A program made the translations under genes and the position numbers. From positions 37,076,001-37,140,000 of the forward strand of contig OZ231126.1 of assembly GCA_965153355.1 (NCBI GenBank): 64,000 bases of DNA. The letters are read 5' to 3'. Origin of the DNA: Flaccisagitta enflata (Eukaryota). The notes beneath the pieces were generated by a model. The model was given only the letters and a program-made list of their open reading frames with translations. It had not been told where the DNA came from and searched no databases. Shown here one piece after another: positions 50,192-63,325 of this stretch; positions within the stretch are counted from its first letter, which is position 1, and every line of letters begins with the position of its first letter.

Positions 50192-53100
50192 ATGGATGAA
50201 GCCACTGCCAAAGGCAGGATCAATGCTTTCATTGAAAAAGCTAAAAGGGACAAATTTGAAGGTTTTGATGCATTTGATTTGAAAAGATCACAAAGGAGAG
50301 CAATAAGAACACAGCTTACAAAACACTCCAACCATTTGCAAAATGCATTAAGTGATGCCAATCCATGCCCAGATAGAATTGAAATTGGGACAGAAAAGGT
50401 AACAAAGGCATTTGAAGACCTGACAGAATTGGATGAATACATTCTATCTTTCATCAGCCAATATGATGATGATGATGCGGTGGTTGAAGCTGACACATTT
50501 TTGGCTGACAGTTGGTATGTCAACACGGAAAGAGTATTGGCTGCAGCAAGAAAGGCCATCAGAGATTTGACACCTCCAGCCCCACTTGCAGCCCCAACTG
50601 CAGCACCTGCAGCACACCTGTCTGAACTGAGACTACCTAAAGTGGAATTACCAACTTTTGAAGGAAGTTCCTCAAGTGGTTACCATAGCTGGGTTACCCA
50701 ATTTGACAACTTGATTCACAACAAATCTATGCCCAATCATCAAAAGTTGCTGTATTTGAAAACATGTTGCACTCATGAAGCAAAGAAAATTGCAGATGGA
50801 TACTCAGTCACAGATGACAACTATGACAAGTTGTATGGGGTGTTCAAGAAAAGATTTGGAAAACCCCGCATGATCAAACAAAGCTACGCTGAAAAAATCA
50901 TCAAAATGAAAAAGTTTGGCACACATGAGTTGAGAGCAACTCTGAATACGTTGGAGAGTTCTATCAAGTGTCTTGAGGAATTTCACACTGACACAGAAGC
51001 AATAAGTGTTATTGTCGTTCCTATGGTGGAAATGAACATGTCAGATGACATAAAAACAAAATGGCTTGAACACATCTCGGAAGATGATGATCACAGCACC
51101 ACGAAATTACTTGAATTCCTTCAAGACAGAGTTGATTGCCTCCCAATAAGTGCAACCAAACCGTCTGATGGCAAAAATCACAGCAAAGAGGGGCACAAAC
51201 AGAATGACGCTCCCAAAACCACGTCTTCAATGACAACCCGCACTGAAAGTGCAAGACACTGTTGGTTTTGTAACAAAAACAACCATGACACAGAAGTGTG
51301 CAGTTTCTTAGGTAAGAAACAGAAGAAAGAAAGATTTGAGTTTCTGATGAAGAACAGATTGTGCTTCAAATGCGCCCGGAAGGGTCATCAAGGTGAAAAA
51401 TGTGAAGAATCAGTAACTTGCAGGAAGTGCCAGAGCACTGATCACCCAACAGTTTTGCACCATGAGGAGAAGCCAAAACCAATTTCCAAACAAACAGAGA
51501 CCCCTCGAGGTGAGGACGGTCCAAAAACTACGGCAAACAACGCCTCAACGAAGGGTTTTAATGGAAGCTCTATTCTGAAGTCGTTCAAAGCGACTGCTGT
51601 TGGAGACACAGCCAAAAGACCCATCCGAGCGATGCTTGATGATGGGTCACAAAACACTTGGATCACTCAACAGGTTGTTGATGAATTGAACCTTCCAATA
51701 GTTGGAAAGAAAACATTTTCGGTTGCTGTGGCTTTCTCAGCAACACTTGAACCCCCAAAAGAGTTTTCTGTGGCAAAGGTCACTTTGAAAACCACAAGAG
51801 GGAACAATTTCACCATGGACGCTTTGGTCCGGGACGGACCACTGTGTATAGAAATGGATGCCGTTCCATTCGACCCAACAAAAGAATTTTCTCACTTGAA
51901 AAACATCCACTTCGCCGACTGCTTCCCAAGAGAAGAAGAGCAAGTGGAAATACTGATTGGCGCAGACTATGCTGAAGCCATAAAAACAGGAGCCCGTGCA
52001 AAGGGCAAGATCACAGCCCCTGTAGGAGTCCAAACAATCTTTGGTTGGATTCTGTGCGGAGCCTGCCCAAACTTTGAGGGCAAAAGGACCTCTTGCCAAA
52101 AGGTCACCACAAGACCCTTCAAAGGGATTGAATCAGAGCTCAAGCAGTTCTATGAGGCTGAATGCTTAGGCACACAAACACACAAGGAACCGATGGTTCA
52201 TGAAGTTGAAGAAAATGACTTCAGGAAAGAAGTTCAACAGAACATCATATATGATGATGTCAAGAAACAATACCAAGCCACAATTCCATACAAGGAAACT
52301 GTCAAACAACTGGGTGATAATGAAAAGATCGCCAAAATCCTGCATCAAAAGCAGATGCAAAAACTGGACAAAAACCCTACTCTGAAAGAGCAGGTAAAAG
52401 CCGTCTTTGATGATCAGGAAAGACAAGGCATCATTGAAGAGGTCACTTCTGAGAAAGATGACCCAAACACACAGAAACACTTCCTCCCTTGGCACTCTGT
52501 CATAAGAGAAGGTCACTCTACAACCCCGATCAGAAATGTGATGAATGCGTCAAAAGAAGACAAGAATGGCCTGTCTTTAAACAAATGCCAATATGCAGGA
52601 CCCAACCTGCTCCCTGAGGTTATTGGATTGCTGTTACAATTCAGGAACAACCCAATCGCTGTGATAGCAGATATCAGCAAGATGTTCTTTAGAATCACCA
52701 TACCTGATCAACAGAAAGATTTGCATCGTTTCTTTGCATTTGAAAAATTGATGAGACAATGCACACTACTCTTTGGAGAAGCATCATCACCTTACTTGTC
52801 CGGTGAAACCATCCTTGAACATGCAAACAGGATGGAAAAGATGGAAAAGTTCCTTTTGGCAGTCAAAGCAGTCAGAGACCAGCTTTACATTGATGACACC
52901 ATCACTGGAACCTGGGAGATACAAGTTGCTATTCAATTGTTAGAGGAATTGATACAATTCTTTGATGGAATGTGCATGAAAGTACAGAAAATCAACAGCA
53001 ACTGCCAAGCTGTTCTGGATGCAATGGATCCCTCACTGTTGGAAAACAAAGTCCATACCTCAGTCCTTGGAATTGAATGGAACACCAACAATGACACTTT

Positions 53101-55021
53101 GGCACCAAAAGCCGTTACTGACAGAAAATGTCAAACAAAGAGAGATGTTCTTGCTATGCTGGCAAGCATCTACGACCCATTGGGGTTAAAGGCGCCGTTG
53201 ACGTGCCGTGGAAAAATACTCATGCAATCATTGTGGCAATTGCAACTTGGATGGGATGACAAAATCCCAAATGACGTCATGAAACATGTGGACTTGTGGC
53301 AGGAAGCCAGCAAAATCAGCCCAACTGTCCAAAGATTTTGGGGAAAAATCAAATCTGTGGACATCTTCTGTGATGCAAGTGAAGAAAGTTTTGCAGCTGC
53401 AGCTTACGGTACCAGCCCAGATGAAAATGGGGCCAGTGTCAATGTACACCTCATGATGGCCAAAACAAGAGTGAAAAGCATCAAAGAGACCACCATTCCA
53501 AGATTGGAACTGCAAGGTGCGGTCCTTGCCGCTAACATGCACACATACATAACCAAATACCTTGGCCCACTGCCCACCACTTTCTGGACCGATTCCACCA
53601 TCGTTTTGAACTGGATTCACACTGAAGCATCACAATACAAAGTCTTTGTTGGAAACAGGGTCAAGTTGATCCAAGACAACACAAAACAAAATCACACAAG
53701 CTGTGATAAGCATTGGAAATGGGTACCTGGGACCCAAAACCCAGCTGACATACCTTCAAGAGGTATTTGGCCTCTGTCTGAGAAACAAAATGAACTCTGG
53801 CTTCATGGCCCTGAGTTTCTGAAGTCGGGTGAATACCCAGATCAGCCAATCCACAAAAAGGAACAATGTGAATTGAAGAAAACCGCCGTCAATATCATCC
53901 CCACTGTCACTGATGATGTTAAACCAATTGTGAAGATGGAAAGATTCAGCAACATCAACCGGCTGCTGAACACCATGGTTTATGTTTTTCGCTTCATCAA
54001 CCGAAAAACAGGGGCCAGTGAAGGTCCCCCCACTGCAGATGAAAGAGAGGTAGCCCTCCAAAATTTGATCAAGATGGATCAAAAACAGCATTTCAACAAA
54101 GACATACACAACTTGCAACAAGGAGCTTTGCACAAAGACAGCAAGTTGAAAGGACTCAACCCTATCCTGATGGATGGAATTTTGATGATGAGAGGAAGAG
54201 TTCAAACTGAACCAGAATTGATCATTCTTCATCATGAGTCACACTTGGCAAAACTTTTGATCCCCCATACCCATCATGAAAACCTGCACTCAGGTGCCTC
54301 TCACACTTTGAATGAGTTGCGCCAAAAATACTGGATCATCAAAGGATTTGCAACAGTAAAGTCTCAATTGAGAACATGTGTCACATGCAAAAAAGCAAAC
54401 ACAAGATTGGCTGGGCAGCAAATGGCTCCCCTGCCAGAATGGAGAACGACGCCATCACCACCGTTTACACACACTGGAATGGACTACGCTGGTCCATTGT
54501 ACGTCACAAAAACTGGCGCACAAAAAAGATACATTCTGTTGTTCACCTGCGGCGTCACACGTGCAGTACACCTGGAACTCACACAATCACTGGATACAAA
54601 AGACTTTCTTCTTGCCTTTGAGTGCTTCAGGGCAAGGAGAGGAACACCTTCCGTTCTCTACTCCGATAATGGCACATCGTTTGTGGCCGCATCGAAAGCA
54701 ATCCCACACATAAAATGGGAATTCATCACACCTCTTGCCCCTTGGCATGGAGCCATATGGGAACGTTTGGTTCGCTCCATCAAAGCCCCACTGAGAAAGG
54801 TTGTTGGAGGAGCAAGGTTGAAGGAGGTGGAGTTGAGAGTCGTCCTCACCAAGATTGAAGGAGTCATCAATTCTCGCCCCCTGACTGTCTTAAAGGGCGA
54901 TGAAACACGCCAAATCACACCAGCTGAACTGATCAACGGAAGACCACTCGGTAAAATCGACATCCCTTACGTTCAACTGGACGCAACGCGACGCTTGCAC
55001 ACTTACTTTGTTCAATTGTAA
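50192..55021 (+). CDS. BEL/Pao gag-pol polyprotein (Gag, three zinc knuckles, protease, RT, RNase H, integrase core)
   Basis: LPKVELPTFEG; CWFC/CFKC/CRKC knuckles; MLDDGSQ; ADISKMF and YIDD; FCDASE; DYAGP, SDNGT, WERLVR; domain order typical of BEL/Pao. Confidence 0.95.
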   Translation: MDEATAKGRINAFIEKAKRDKFEGFDAFDLKRSQRRAIRTQLTKHSNHLQNALSDANPCPDRIEIGTEKVTKAFEDLTELDEYILSFISQYDDDDAVVEADTFLADSWYVNTERVLAAARKAIRDLTPPAPLAAPTAAPAAHLSELRLPKVELPTFEGSSSSGYHSWVTQFDNLIHNKSMPNHQKLLYLKTCCTHEAKKIADGYSVTDDNYDKLYGVFKKRFGKPRMIKQSYAEKIIKMKKFGTHELRATLNTLESSIKCLEEFHTDTEAISVIVVPMVEMNMSDDIKTKWLEHISEDDDHSTTKLLEFLQDRVDCLPISATKPSDGKNHSKEGHKQNDAPKTTSSMTTRTESARHCWFCNKNNHDTEVCSFLGKKQKKERFEFLMKNRLCFKCARKGHQGEKCEESVTCRKCQSTDHPTVLHHEEKPKPISKQTETPRGEDGPKTTANNASTKGFNGSSILKSFKATAVGDTAKRPIRAMLDDGSQNTWITQQVVDELNLPIVGKKTFSVAVAFSATLEPPKEFSVAKVTLKTTRGNNFTMDALVRDGPLCIEMDAVPFDPTKEFSHLKNIHFADCFPREEEQVEILIGADYAEAIKTGARAKGKITAPVGVQTIFGWILCGACPNFEGKRTSCQKVTTRPFKGIESELKQFYEAECLGTQTHKEPMVHEVEENDFRKEVQQNIIYDDVKKQYQATIPYKETVKQLGDNEKIAKILHQKQMQKLDKNPTLKEQVKAVFDDQERQGIIEEVTSEKDDPNTQKHFLPWHSVIREGHSTTPIRNVMNASKEDKNGLSLNKCQYAGPNLLPEVIGLLLQFRNNPIAVIADISKMFFRITIPDQQKDLHRFFAFEKLMRQCTLLFGEASSPYLSGETILEHANRMEKMEKFLLAVKAVRDQLYIDDTITGTWEIQVAIQLLEELIQFFDGMCMKVQKINSNCQAVLDAMDPSLLENKVHTSVLGIEWNTNNDTLAPKAVTDRKCQTKRDVLAMLASIYDPLGLKAPLTCRGKILMQSLWQLQLGWDDKIPNDVMKHVDLWQEASKISPTVQRFWGKIKSVDIFCDASEESFAAAAYGTSPDENGASVNVHLMMAKTRVKSIKETTIPRLELQGAVLAANMHTYITKYLGPLPTTFWTDSTIVLNWIHTEASQYKVFVGNRVKLIQDNTKQNHTSCDKHWKWVPGTQNPADIPSRGIWPLSEKQNELWLHGPEFLKSGEYPDQPIHKKEQCELKKTAVNIIPTVTDDVKPIVKMERFSNINRLLNTMVYVFRFINRKTGASEGPPTADEREVALQNLIKMDQKQHFNKDIHNLQQGALHKDSKLKGLNPILMDGILMMRGRVQTEPELIILHHESHLAKLLIPHTHHENLHSGASHTLNELRQKYWIIKGFATVKSQLRTCVTCKKANTRLAGQQMAPLPEWRTTPSPPFTHTGMDYAGPLYVTKTGAQKRYILLFTCGVTRAVHLELTQSLDTKDFLLAFECFRARRGTPSVLYSDNGTSFVAASKAIPHIKWEFITPLAPWHGAIWERLVRSIKAPLRKVVGGARLKEVELRVVLTKIEGVINSRPLTVLKGDETRQITPAELINGRPLGKIDIPYVQLDATRRLHTYFVQL

Positions 55022-55196
55022 ATCGCGAAGTAGTATTTCTTTCGAATGAAAATCCTTGAGTTGAAATCTATCGATTTTAGCTTTTACGTTGCTTGTCGCT
55101 ATGACTAATTCTTATATGTAAGCTCTAAATCAAGGGATATCCATTTAAGGATGGATTTAAGCCCAGGATTTCACTTCGCGAATCAGTCGAGTGTGC

Positions 55197-55517
55197 TTGC
55201 AACACCTTGAAAGAACGAAGGAACAATTTTGGGAACAATGGCAGAAATGCTACCTGCCCTCGCTTCAGTCTCGCACAAAATGGCAGACACGCTGCCCAAA
55301 CGTCAAGGAAGGAGATATCGTTCTTCTTCTGAAGGAAAACGTCAAGAGACATACTTGGCCACTTGCGAGAGTTTTGGAAACCGTCGTCGGACGTGACAAT
55401 CTTGTTCGCACCGTGAAAGTGATTTGCGACGGAAAAGAAATTGTGCGCCCGATACAACACATTGTACCCCTTGAGGTACCATCTGACGAAAACGAGCACA
55501 TTGGATCAAGAGATTGA
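55197..55517 (+). CDS. Detached C-terminal segment of the BEL/Pao polyprotein (DUF5641-like)
   Basis: LQHLERTKEQFWEQWQKCYLPSLQSRTKW...GDIVLL...WPLARV...GRDNLVRTVKV...RPIQHIVPLE is the usual BEL/Pao post-integrase domain; in a different frame because of a 202-nt insert. Confidence 0.85.
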   Translation: MQHLERTKEQFWEQWQKCYLPSLQSRTKWQTRCPNVKEGDIVLLLKENVKRHTWPLARVLETVVGRDNLVRTVKVICDGKEIVRPIQHIVPLEVPSDENEHIGSRD

Positions 55518-55677
55518 TACAATGTTTAAAAATCTCAATGACAACGACCAGATACAACGTCGAGCTGTGACTGCTGACTACGCAACACTGCTTACTGTGA
55601 ATAATGTTCATATTTCGACTCTGACCTGGATTTCTACCTGTTTAGAAAATTATTGCGAACAATAATTTTGGGGCCAG

Positions 55678-56190
55678 TGTTAAGTTGCCTCAGTTGGGAA
55701 TTTTCCATAGTCTTGCGTAACCCTTTGTTAAAGACGTGTTAGGCTATTATTGGTTATATGATTTCTTAGTAGTCACTGCATGATTGGCTAGAAAGCCGGG
55801 AGTCACGAGAATTTATAGATGTGTTATGAGATAAATCACTGCGCAGAGCGAGACTCTCTGCCTCTAGTTAGTTCACATTTAGTCTTCGCAGAAGAAAGAC
55901 TTACAAATAAGACGTTCTCTTTTTAAAGTAAAAGCAAGGACGTATAAGGCTCAAGAATTGGGCTATTTTCTTTGGATTAAACAATCAAACCTACTACTTT
56001 TGGAAAGAATCCGTTTTCTCATTGTAATCTCATTTATTACAAATCCTTTTACAATTATGCGCCTTACAACCGTCTAATTAAGCGTTCACCTTCTAAGAGA
56101 AAAAAGATAGACAGTGATAGTCACCAACAACAGATCTGAAAGTCGACCAGCTAACTACAGTCCTTTGCTCATAAAGCTGACAATCATTCA
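55678..56190 (+). repeat. 3' LTR
   Basis: Direct repeat of 49032-49544. Confidence 0.97.
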
Positions 56191-56246
<56 letters not shown>

Positions 56247-56296
56247 ATAGAGAGAGTGGGAAGAGATAGAGAGAGTGGGAAGAGAGAGAGAGAGTG

Positions 56297-56362
<66 letters not shown>

Positions 56363-56368
56363 AAGAGA

Positions 56369-56471
<103 letters not shown>

Positions 56472-57085
56472 TCAAAGACAGAGGAAGACTGAGAGATAAA
56501 AAAGACAACTGTAGATTGAATAACAAAAACACACAGGCAATCAATCAAACAGCATGAGATGCACTCACAGAGGATCATGCAGTGAAAAAAGAAACTCCCA
56601 TTTACGACTTTTTTCCGGTCGGCGATTAGCCGCCTTTATTGGTAGATCGATGATCCATCAATGCATTAGGCATTTTCTGGTGGTTTGAACAAGATAGAGT
56701 GCAGACTTATCTGGACCGAACATCGCAACAGCATTATTCTAGGAAGATTAAATTCCGCTATTGACGGATTCGCTAAAACAGAAATCGCAAAAACTTTTGG
56801 TGAAACTCACAAACGTTGTTCTCCTTTTTCATTCAATCTCTTTCTCGATTTCTCTTTTTATTTCAGTCTCTCGCGAACAAACAGAGAAAACCAAATATAC
56901 TAAAATTGATATGATTCAAGATCAAATTTATTCAAACATATCCTGCTTATTCTCTGCCTGCCACAGCGTCTGGCTCCTGTGTTTCCTGGCGGGGCTTCGA
57001 CAGAGAGAATGTCTAAGCCGTATGCATGCATCTTATGGCATGTACGTGTCAGTGTATGTCGAGATATGACTCTTAAAATGTGTGT

Positions 57086-57185
<100 letters not shown>

Positions 57186-58199
57186 GTGTTCATGTTCAAA
57201 CATGTGTGCGTGTCAAACTTTCTCTCTGCCTCCGTAATATGGGCGCCTCACAAAAGCAATAAACGCCGTTTCATCAGGCCATAACAATGGTCAACTTCAA
57301 GTTTTTTCCTCTTTTGCCATGTAATCATGTTCCAGTTCTCCTCCCATCTCTCAAGTTTCGCATGGATGGAGAAACGGAGAAACTCAGATCAAAGGAAATC
57401 GGCCGAGAGATCGGCGGAAATCGGGGAAAAAGAAATGACGAGAGAGATCATAAAAAAGAGAGCACGTGATCTAGGATCACAATTGTGATTCTAGATCACA
57501 ATTGAACAGACATAGAACAGACTCAAAGGGAAAAATCACCGGAAGGTAATGAGAGAGAGAGAGTTTAAGCAATAACGGCACATTTGAGACTTGCACGGGA
57601 TTATTTATATTTCTCTCACTATCTTCATCCAGTCTATCAAATCCCACCACTACAAATCTTACTATTTGTGAATTAGAATCAATATAGGCATCACCTCACG
57701 ATATATATGTAAATGATCTTTCATCCCTCACTCCACTTCATAACCCTCCAACACTAATTTTCCTCAGATATAGTTTCTAGTTCACGGCATCTTTATTTGA
57801 AGTGTTTCTTTTTTTTTTTCTTGCCGCCATGAGTATAAGTAAAGGTCAATTTTGTAACAGGTGAATGCATGTAAGACATACTTAAAATGTGTAGAAACCC
57901 CTTTTAAAACTTCAAAATATTCATTTCTGCATCAGGTATACTATGTGAAAGTTGTTTAGAACTGAAATTATAGTAATTACAAATGGCAATGAATGTAATG
58001 ATTATGAAAATTTCTAGACGAAATACTCCTTTATTCATGTTCAAGTAACCATAAACGGAAAAAGTGCATGTAAGCCATTGATTTGTAGGCTTAGAGAGTG
58101 TTCACGCACACCCATAAACATTTTTTTTTCGTAGTCATAGGGCATAATAAAAGGCACTTAACCAACAGAGAGTAAAAATTAATTATAATACTCGAGGCT

Positions 58200-58246
<47 letters not shown>

Positions 58247-58255
58247 CCAGAGTCC

Positions 58256-58310
<55 letters not shown>

Positions 58311-59795
58311 AAGACAGACATACAGGCCGACAGACACAGTAAGAAAGAGAAAAGGACAGACAGAGAGACAGATTGACAGACAACCATAGACTGTCACCAA
58401 TTGTCACACAGTCATGACTATCACACAGGTACAGACACTGACAGAAAGACAGATAGACAGACACAGGGATAGAGAAAGAGAGAGCGCACACAGTCATACA
58501 CACACAAATATATCTGGCGATGTTTTACGAGTGTATCCTTTGGGTCGCGGACGTTTTTAACCAAATGTTCCGATGTTAACCCAGTTATCTCGCAACAACG
58601 CATAATATTTTAATCGCGTTCAATAAAACTTTTATTAGTCTCCTTATTCTGGAGATCATAAAACATATCAAGCATCAAACATAACTTTTCGTCGATGCTT
58701 GGCAATCATCAGCCGAGACGACATTGCGCGTCCTTCTCCCCCCCCCCCTCCTCCTTTTTTTCCTCTAAATTTCCCCTCATTTTTATTCTGTCCGGCTTTC
58801 GGTTTATCATAGACGACACTTAATTTTATATACATTCACGGAATTTTATTACAAGCATCTAAAAAAAAGTGGTATCTCGTTTAATTTTAGGGGACAGCGG
58901 CCTTGGAAAAGTTAGTGACCTATATTGGATATGATACATTTTCATTCAAACCAGATTCATAAAACTATATGATAAACGTGAGAAATGAGAACCTATATGC
59001 ATGGACGTAACCCCAACACATAATTAAACAACCATCTTCAAACTTGATCTCAACCACCTCTAAAGTTTAAAGTTTCAAAATCATGGAAAAAATTCATGAA
59101 AATCGCAAAGGTACTTTTGAACAAACGCTCCCAAAAACGATTCAATTTTTACAGCTAGCCGGCTTCTCTCAATGAAGGAAAAAAGGTTTTCTCTCCCTCT
59201 CTCTTTCTCGTATCGCTGTCAATCGACAAATTGTAAATTCCTTATGTGCCTCGTAAAGAATCTCATTCTATACATACATATGCAAAGTCATTGACCTTTC
59301 AACTCATGGGTCATGAGAACTGACCTGAGGGGGGGGGGGCGGCGACAGCTAGCTTCTTTTTTAAAGAATCTTATAAATCTTCATCAAAGGATTGTTTTTG
59401 ACATTTTTAGAAGGCTATGTAATTGCGATTGTCGAGCAAAAGATAAAAATCTTTGGGAATTTTCATAATGTCGATTTACCAATTATGATTCAATATCACA
59501 TCTTTTTTCTTCTACCCACAACTCTCAGAAGTGCTTTTGTGAGAGAAAAGGACCTACAAAGTTCAGGCACTTAATCATCACGCATCACCATCCCACAATG
59601 CAAGACATCCCACAATGAAAGCCATCCCACAATGCAAGCCATCCACGTTTGTATCTCGATGGAAATGAACTTCTACCCAGCGACAGTAATGTTCTTTTGC
59701 GCTGATGAACCAACGACACAAATCATCCCTGATTATCGATCTTCTCTTGAACCAACGACACAAATCATCCCTGATTATCGAACTTCTCTTCTTAT

Positions 59796-59995
59796 AACAA
59801 GCCCGGATACACGGCTACCCAAGTCGCGTGCCGGTGGGCAGGGGCAGTGATGAAATAGACCAGCTAGGCAGTTGGGCAGGAGCTATAATCCCAAAACCAC
59901 CCGTAAACGCCGAAAAAGCAAAGTGTTACCGACGGACGGACGGACGGACCGACGGACAGAGCGGGTAGTAGAGTCGCGTGCACGCGACTAAAAAA
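59796..59995 (-). mobile_element. Short Helentron/DINE-like element
   Basis: Reverse-complement relative of 14679-14903 (AGTCGCGTGCACGCGACTAAAA end, CCGGATACACGGC hairpin). Confidence 0.75.
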
Positions 59996-61046
59996 GAGAT
60001 CTAGGGAGGTACTCAAGTGCGCATCATCTCTCTTCAGTCCTCGATCATCGACACTCACTCATCTGCGCAGGAGGGGGTTTACACTACAAGACATGCATAA
60101 TCTTTCTTCGTCTGACCAACGACACTCGCCGCTGAGAAAGAAGGGGCTACTTTTTGCTTGCGTGCGTATCTTTGTCTATGTGTCTGTCAGTACACTACTT
60201 CAAGATGCTCTCTTAACTGTGAAGTGTAAAGAGTAGAAGGTTCATCATACTCATCAGATGATCCGATCCTTCTCTTCACACTTTAAACGCCTTTCTTGTC
60301 CTTTGACTCTTTTTTCCCGGTCGAAGTTCGAAGGTTGAATCGCTTTCAATAAATAAGGGGCGAATAGAAATGGGGGTGGGATGTTGATTTGGGGATAAGG
60401 GAAGGGGGTGACTTGGGGATAAGGCCGTAAGGGGTGCGTGATCGGAGGTCGCATAACGCGTCTCGTTCGATTCACGAAAGCGTTGATGGTTTTCCACCGC
60501 GCTGTCAATGACCAACAACTGGTGACGTGGCGATGACAACCGCGGGTCCGCAGCAACAACAAAATCAACCTACATATTTGGTTTGCTATATGGTCGGCAT
60601 CAGATAGAAATCTTCATTTCTGTGTGAAAGCGAGACGTTTCAACCATTTCACACGGACCCTTAAGCCATCAATTTCTACCAAACGGTCATGCTTTGAATA
60701 ATGAATACTCTCATAAAATTGAATGACAGAACTCCAGGTGGATGGAATATTTTCAAAACTTTTTTTCTGTCTCCTCCTAAGATTGAATGTCGAGACGGAC
60801 ACTGAAAACTTCAGAAAAGCAATGACTGCAGTAGTATTAGCATAATACTTGAAATGACTAAGCCCGACTAAGATGTTTTGTGAGTGTGTGTTTCTGCGTG
60901 TGAGTGTGATTTGCATTCTAAAAGGTAAGTACAGAGCTTGAAATCTCTCTCCGTTTTATTTAGTTGGTTCGTCGTAAAAAGAAGATTTAACGGGCATCAA
61001 GACAAATAGCCAATTGGTTAGATGCAGAGAAGACAAGATAATTAGA

Positions 61047-61186
<140 letters not shown>

Positions 61187-61443
61187 GCGTTTACAGGGGG
61201 TGTTCTCATCCATGTTATGGGAAAGCCTTAATGGTCATACAGCCTCTGCAGTTATGTTCATTCAAATCCATGTCACATGGACCATGTATGCGTGTTATGT
61301 GCCCAATCTTATCAACTTATTCTTTTCTTGTTTTTCGTCGTGTTTTGTCAATCAACTCTTACAGACGAACATTACGCGGTTGATATCACAAATTGTGCTT
61401 TTCACATCAAGTCCAATAAAGTCTTATGCGCTGAAATTATTCA

Positions 61444-61534
<91 letters not shown>

Positions 61535-61874
61535 TTGTGTAAAACTACGATCAAAGAAATTTTGCCGCCTATCGGAAAGTAATTTTGGTATCTAGTGGGA
61601 GGGTTGCGCTGGGACAACGAAAGGTGTAATAATAATGAAGAAGCACCCTTGAATTCTGAACGAGCATTACTTTCTGTATCTGTTTCACTATCTCTCTGTT
61701 TCACGGTCTCTCACAAAAATCTCTCTTTATTCTCATACGCGATTCAGTACGTTGGTCTATCCGTTGGTCCGTCCATCGCGTCGGTCTTTCTTTCTTTCGA
61801 TAACGTTTTTAGTCGCGTGCCCGCGACTCTGTATCCCGCTATGTCCGTCTGTCTATCAGTCGGTCAGTTGATCC

Positions 61875-62037
<163 letters not shown>

Positions 62038-62067
62038 TCTGTCTGTTTGTGTGTCTGTCTTTCTATG

Positions 62068-62172
<105 letters not shown>

Positions 62173-62799
62173 CATACACACACACTGACCCACCCGGAGA
62201 AGTCCGAGAAGATGATCCCTTCACAAACAACGATGATCTCAGTCTTAGATAGGGAATGATGAGAGAATACGGGAGGATAAAAAGTTTTAGGTTGCGTGCG
62301 GTAAGTAAACCCGTCATCGCTACGGCCTGACGGTCATCGCGACCATCGGCGCAATCGTATATTTGTTATCATTATCATTATTATCATCGTGATTATTACG
62401 ACGATACTGTAAGGTAAAACCCGGTAATTTTCAAAGATTCTCGGCCTCGTAATGATCTTTTTTTTTCTTTCTTTCGGTTTATCGTCCGTCATCAGTGGAC
62501 GTAATCATTGCTGGCATCATCGTCATTGTCATCGTAAGCCCAGCTCGGATCATAGTCGTTGCGTCATCGATGCATCGTTGTCAGTGTGACAGTATCCACT
62601 TGTCAGTGTCATTGTCATCGTAATCCCAGCTCGGATCATCGTCATTATGTCATCGCCGTTAACGCTTCGTCATTGTCATTAACAATGCATCTATATAGCA
62701 AAAACAGATAACAGATAAAACATTCTTTGGCATCCGTTATTGCAGGGATCAACTGTTTAACAGATGATAAAAGCAACAAATACAACAAATACATGAATT

Positions 62800-63324
<525 letters not shown>

Positions 63325-63325
<1 letters not shown>

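Larger units (their letters stand above)
49032..56190 (+). mobile_element. BEL/Pao LTR retrotransposon, full length
   Basis: TG...CA LTRs 49032-49544 and 55678-56190 (513 bp each, no differences seen by eye), TSD GAGAG (49027-49031, 56191-56195), PBS-like TGGTCC at 49545, GGGGCCAG before the 3' LTR. Confidence 0.97.

Noticed and set aside
54993-55201. Precise canonical intron removing exactly the 202-nt insert
   Set aside because: No register within the 7-nt direct repeat gives GT-AG or GC-AG ends on either strand; only the offset 169-nt pair works.
59705-59785. Two-copy ~42-bp direct repeat
   Set aside because: Simple local duplication.
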